Below, piece by piece: positions 59,040-64,000 of a DNA stretch of 64,000 bases; position 1 is the stretch's first letter; the number at the start of each line of letters is the position of its first letter. The stretch is from an uncultured delta proteobacterium (lineage in GTDB: Bacteria > Desulfobacterota > Syntrophorhabdia > Syntrophorhabdales > WCHB1-27). A model generated the notes under the pieces. The model had not been told where the DNA came from, searched no databases, and saw nothing but the letters and a program-made list of their open reading frames with translations. The stretch covers positions 192,001 through 256,000 of the forward strand of contig CAWEPK010000007.1 in the NCBI GenBank assembly GCA_963810935.1, in the 5' to 3' direction. Position numbers and translations under genes: made by a program.

Positions 59040-60755
59040 TCACGCAGCCATCGAGTCGCCGTCCGGATACGCCGTCATGCCGAACTCCGGGACATCGAGA
59101 CCTTCCTGCTCAACTTCCTTCGATACGCGCATAGGCTTGATCGCGTTCACGATCTTGAAGACGATGAACGTAAAGAGGAACGAATACAGGCAGATCATCG
59201 TGGCGCCGCCGAGCTGCAGGAAGAACTGGGTCGAGTCGCCGTGCAGCAGGCCCGTCACGCCCTGACCGGCCTTTCCGAGGTAGCTCGTCGCGCCGACGCC
59301 GTTCCAACCCGCGCCATACGTGCCGTCGGCGAAAATACCAACGCTGACCGCCCCCAGCCAACCGCAGTAGCCGTGCACGGAGATGGCGCCGCACGGGTCA
59401 TCTACCTTAATAACCCGCTCGTTGAAGAGGACGCCGACGCAGACGAGTATACCTGCAAGGATGCCGATTACTACGGCGCCGTTCGGGCTGACGAAGGCGC
59501 AGGGCGCCGTGATGGCGACAAGGCCCGCGAGCATGCCGTTACACGCCATACTGATATCCGGCTTGCCGAATTTGATGTACCAGAAAATGAGCGCTGTGGC
59601 CGACGCTGCGACGGCCGCGAGGTTGGTATTGACGGCGACGACCGAGATGCGCAGGTCGGACGAGCCGAGGGTGGAGCCGGGGTTGAAGCCCATCCACCCG
59701 AAAAGGAGGATGAAAGTGCCCGTCACGACAAAGGCGATGTTGTGCGCAGGGAAGGCGCGCGGCTTGCCGTCCGGCCCGTACTTGCCGAGGCGCGGGCCGA
59801 GGATGACCGCGAGCGCCATGGCGCAGAAGCCGCCTACCGCGTGTACGACGGTCGAGCCCGCGAAATCGACGTAGCCGTGGGCCAGTCCCATGGTGTTGCC
59901 GAGCTGGGAGAGCCAGCCGCCGCCCCATACCCAGCAGCCGGACATCGGGTAGAGGATGCCGCCGATGAACAGCTCGGCGATGACGAACGCCCAGAAGGTG
60001 ATGCGCTCGCAGATGGCGCCGACGATGATGTAGCCCGCCGTCTCCATGAAGACGACCTGGAAGAGGGTGAGGCACATGCTGCCCGCGTCATAACCCGGTC
60101 CGCTTAAGAAGAAGCCTTTGCCGCCCAAAAACCCCCACAGCCCGCTGCCGAGCAGGAACTTGTCGAGCGTCGGGGTGCCTCCGAGGTTCGCCGGCGCGGC
60201 GTTCACAGCGGCAGCGCCGAACTGGAAGGCGTAGCCGCATACGTAGTAGGCAAGGAATGCGAATACATAAGCCGCAAAGTTAAGCATCATAAGGTGCGCC
60301 GCGTTCTTCCTTCGCACGAGGCCGCAGGTGAGCAATGCAAAGCCTGCCTGCATGAAGAGGACCAGATACCCGGTCAGGAGGGTCCAGCTAAAGTTGCCGC
60401 CGATCCGCACGTGCCCCACGGAATCCGCAAGCTTCATGGCCAGCGGCTCTTTCACGGCCTGTTCCTTGAACTGATCGTACTCTTTCTTCTTATCCGCGTA
60501 GTCCGCGGCCTTCTTGTCGGTCGGCTCCGCGACGACGAACGGGTTGCCGGCCGCGTCGAGTACGTTCGATTTGTCTCCCGTCGCAATGCCTGCCGGGTCG
60601 GGCTTGGGGCCGGGCGGAACACCCGGCGCCGCTGCCGTCTGCTGCGCGGCGCCCTGGCCGGGCGGCTCGTCCGCAGCCGCCGGCAGCGCCAGCAGCGTAA
60701 GGCCGATGACCAATAAAACCGTCAGAACCGGGTATACTCTTTCTCGTAGTCTCAT
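59040..60755 (-). CDS. amtB: Ammonium transporter with extended periplasmic N-terminus
   Basis: FMQAGF, DFAGSTVVH, GWMGFNPGS, NGMLAGLVAIT, DDPCGAISVHG, EQEGLD. Confidence 0.95.
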   Translation of the reverse strand: MRLRERVYPVLTVLLVIGLTLLALPAAADEPPGQGAAQQTAAAPGVPPGPKPDPAGIATGDKSNVLDAAGNPFVVAEPTDKKAADYADKKKEYDQFKEQAVKEPLAMKLADSVGHVRIGGNFSWTLLTGYLVLFMQAGFALLTCGLVRRKNAAHLMMLNFAAYVFAFLAYYVCGYAFQFGAAAVNAAPANLGGTPTLDKFLLGSGLWGFLGGKGFFLSGPGYDAGSMCLTLFQVVFMETAGYIIVGAICERITFWAFVIAELFIGGILYPMSGCWVWGGGWLSQLGNTMGLAHGYVDFAGSTVVHAVGGFCAMALAVILGPRLGKYGPDGKPRAFPAHNIAFVVTGTFILLFGWMGFNPGSTLGSSDLRISVVAVNTNLAAVAASATALIFWYIKFGKPDISMACNGMLAGLVAITAPCAFVSPNGAVVIGILAGILVCVGVLFNERVIKVDDPCGAISVHGYCGWLGAVSVGIFADGTYGAGWNGVGATSYLGKAGQGVTGLLHGDSTQFFLQLGGATMICLYSFLFTFIVFKIVNAIKPMRVSKEVEQEGLDVPEFGMTAYPDGDSMAA

Positions 60756-60785
60756 TTCAGTATCTCCTCTCATTATGGTTCAACA

Positions 60786-61184
<399 letters not shown>

Positions 61185-61430
61185 TTATAGTCTCCCCCTA
61201 GAGGGGTAAAGATGCCGTTCTTGAGCCGGTCAGGGCGCACCTAGCCTGACAGATGCGGACCGTGCCGTTTTTTTTGCGATGCTCGATTATTGCCGCTTCT
61301 AGGCCCTGATGTACCGGAAAGCGGATGCGCCAGCGCATATTTTAGGGGGGGCCGAACCGCGTCGTCCGGCCCCTGGGAGGAGAGGGCGCCTCACGCAAGA
61401 GTGTGAGTCGCCCCCGCTGATAACTGTAAT

Positions 61431-61446
61431 ATCAATTACCGTGCCA
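61431..61446 (-). promoter_or_regulatory. Candidate sigma54 promoter for glnK-amtB
   Basis: Minus strand TGGCAC-GGTAA-TTGAT (one deviation at -12). Confidence 0.55.
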
Positions 61447-61680
61447 CGGGTCTCGCGAAAAGGATGGCGCGCTTGAAATACGCGCCGTTACAGGAAATTA
61501 GCGATGTCTTCGGTTATTGCGGGCCCATGCCGGGCCAAAAGAGGCGGGATGGGAAAGATACATAAACGTAAGGATCGGGAGCATGGATCATACGTAAATG
61601 TAGACGCTTTGCAGAATGACGCAAGATAGGCAAATGAGAATGCCTCTTACTTGCCGGTCGAAAGAGCACGCGCGAAATGG

Positions 61681-62091
61681 CTACGCTATCTCTTTACCGG
61701 CTTTTTTGGCTTCGCCTTGCGGCGAACCCTCCTTAAGCCATCGGACGGCGTCCTCCCGCGAAGTGAATACCCCGATTTCATAAGGGAGTTTTCCGGCCGC
61801 TTCATTCCGGAACATCTCGGCAATCGCCTCCTGCAATCCGTTGTAAACGAGAATGGCCGACCTGTTCCCGACGAAATCTTTTCCACAAAGGCCGGCTACC
61901 TCCCGTACCATGCCTGGATACTCGGCTAAGCTAATGAAAAGGCTGGTATTAAAAAACCAGAGATCGCACCGTTCCTTCCGGGGGTCTCTGCGCGCAAGCT
62001 CCGTTATTGCGTGGAGGATCTCCAGCGCCGAGGTAGGGTCCCACACACGGACCTCGAATATCGAATCAACTTCATCTATTTGGTAGGGCAT
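61681..62091 (-). CDS. Hypothetical protein (STAS/SEC14-like)
   Basis: RSAILV...FTSREDAVRWL tail; RBS gagg. Confidence 0.6.
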   Translation of the reverse strand: MPYQIDEVDSIFEVRVWDPTSALEILHAITELARRDPRKERCDLWFFNTSLFISLAEYPGMVREVAGLCGKDFVGNRSAILVYNGLQEAIAEMFRNEAAGKLPYEIGVFTSREDAVRWLKEGSPQGEAKKAGKEIA

Positions 62092-62224
62092 CTAACCTCT
62101 CAGGATAGATTGAGAAAAATGCGAGCGAGAAAGCGCCGCTCTTATTCGCGCGTTAATCATATACTAAAAAGACGAACCGATAGTGGTAGTTTAATGAGGC
62201 GATAATGTGGTGATATTTACTATA

Positions 62225-63863
62225 TTATTTGAGCGACTGCAAGTATGACTGAAGATTGACCTTCTTATTATTCAGACCCAGTTTCTGTCTGATGCTGTTT
62301 CTATATGAATTGACCGCATCGGCAGCGACTCCTACGATCTGCGCTATCTCCTTTGTGGTCTTTCCTTCTTTTACCAGGTTTGCGACCTGTATTTCTCTGG
62401 GGCTGAGGTTGATCTGCTGTAAGTTGTGAAGGAGCGGGGACATGATTTCATTGAGATTGGCTTCCATTATATCGAGGTAGGAGCTTTGTTGCTTATCGAG
62501 CCGGCTTTTGTTTATCTTTTTTAGATAAGGCAGAACGAGCTTGTTAACATTAGCCACGAATCTCTGCTCGAGAGTGTCTTTGTCTTCCTGGACCTGACGC
62601 AGGAGGACCCTCAGCGCCACGTTGAGCTCCTCGACGGCTTCCGATTTCATCCGCAGCTCCTGAGTCTGCTCCCATACCAATGTCTCAAGGTTCTTGCGGT
62701 GTTCTTTCAACTCTTCTTCCGCGGCCTGCTGCTCGGTTACGTCCCGTATCGCCATGAGAAAAACGGAGCGTCCTTTAAGGGTGAGATAACTCAAAGAAAT
62801 ATCAACAGGGAAAATTGTATTATCTTTTTTCCTGTGATGATGAAGCTGCACCCTTGTCTGGTGTTTTTCCCATGCCCTCCGTGACAGTTTGGGCTCCGCG
62901 GACAAATCGGCTGCTTTCATTTGTTTCAATTCTTGTTGTCTGTATTGATACAGGACGCAGGCAGCTTCGTTGAGGTCGAGTATCTCCTCTGTCTCTTCAT
63001 CAATCAGGAATACCGCATCGCTTTCTACTGCAAAAACGTTCCGGTATTTCTCCTCGCTGTCCCGGAGCTGTTCCTCCATCAACTTGCGCACCGTGATATC
63101 TTTAAGTATTCCGCAAATTCCATCGGGTTGCCCATTATCATCAAAGAGCAATTGGCAGCTCAATGATGCATAAATAGGCGTTCCATCCTTCTTCTTCAGC
63201 GCCACATCATAGTCCCTGACATGCTTTTCTTCTGCAAGAATAGACAGAAGCAATTTCCTGTCGCCTGGTTCGACGTAGACATCGGCGACAGACCGTCCGA
63301 TAAGCTCCGTCGGGCTCCCAGCCTGCGATACGCTTCAACGAAGGGGAGAGGATCCTTATCCTTCCTTTGTTGTCCGTCTGATAGTATACGTCGTCAAGCG
63401 ACTCGAAAATCCGCCGGTACTTGATTTCGCTCGAAGCCAGCTTTTGTTCGATGTGCTTGCGCTCCGTGATGTCTCTCGCCATTACCGCAACCAGCTTCTG
63501 TCCGTTCCGCTCTTGAAATACGGAGCACGACGTCTCGACCGGAAATTCAGTCCCATCCTTGCGGCGGAACAGCAGCTCCCCCTTGAACCGGCCGGTCCGT
63601 CTTCGCTCCTCGGAGGCGGCCTCAAGCTTGCCATCCTGGACGACTATCCCCTGTCTGCCCGCCAGTCTTATCTCGTCCTCAGTCATCCCGAGCATTTGAC
63701 AGACCTCGTGGTTCGCATAGATGATAGCGCCATCAAGCGATACGAGCATGGCGCCGTCGAGACTGTGATCGAAAAGTGAGCGAAACTGTCCCTCAGGCGT
63801 CTCTTTCATTGATTTCTCATGGACTTTCGTAGTAGAGCATTTTGCCTTCCTGGCATCTTTCAT
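62225..63863 (-). CDS. Multi-PAS sensor with C-terminal LuxR HTH; frameshift near 63300
   Basis: Three PAS/PAC units (RRKDGTEFPVE, KKKDGTPI, RKKDNTIFPVD); LSPREIQVANLVKEGKTTKEIA. Confidence 0.88.
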
Positions 63864-64000
63864 CCGGGCTCACCTCAGTCCTTTTGGGATACGAACGTAT
63901 CGACAACGAATACAGTACAAAAGATCGCTCTCATCCACCCGCGCACGAGACTAGTCCCTGCGTTCGAGCAGCGGCCTGAACGGGCGGTATAGGGGGTCGC

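Noticed and set aside
63888..63901. GATAC-GAAC-GTATC palindrome as a LexA box upstream of PAS-LuxR
   Set aside because: Short, could be chance or another regulator's site; no functional link visible

Overview
GC-rich chromosomal segment from a Gram-negative anaerobe; gene content suggests Desulfobacterota/Syntrophorhabdales, which is an inference. In order, it contains: (1) the 3' part of a very large GLUG/YDG two-partner-secretion exoprotein with an internal TPS domain, followed by tpsB, exbB, exbD, tonB and gntR; (2) DNA repair genes (UvrD-like helicase, dinB, mpg); (3) a surface-modification cluster; (4) a complete IS110-family element whose ends, junction promoter, bridge-RNA guides and REP-like target can be read directly from the sequence; (5) dsbL-dsbI-assT; (6) lsrF with an LsrG-like gene and an ADH; (7) an XRE-ImmA/IrrE plus PIN pair; (8) fixABCX bracketed by a duplicated dnaE2 3' end; (9) a lexA/imuB/dnaE2 cassette interrupted by a ~4.3 kb array of toxin-antitoxin/defence-like cargo separated by 80-bp hairpin repeats, including an IS200; (10) a sigma54-driven operon for a 1443-aa N/Q-rich repeat protein, a candidate functional amyloid or fibre; (11) a DUF6516-HTH pair, glnK-amtB and a PAS-LuxR regulator. 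About a dozen single-base frameshifts in otherwise intact genes most likely reflect long-read assembly errors. No rRNA, tRNA or CRISPR array was seen. All family calls are by motif recognition; no database searches were run.
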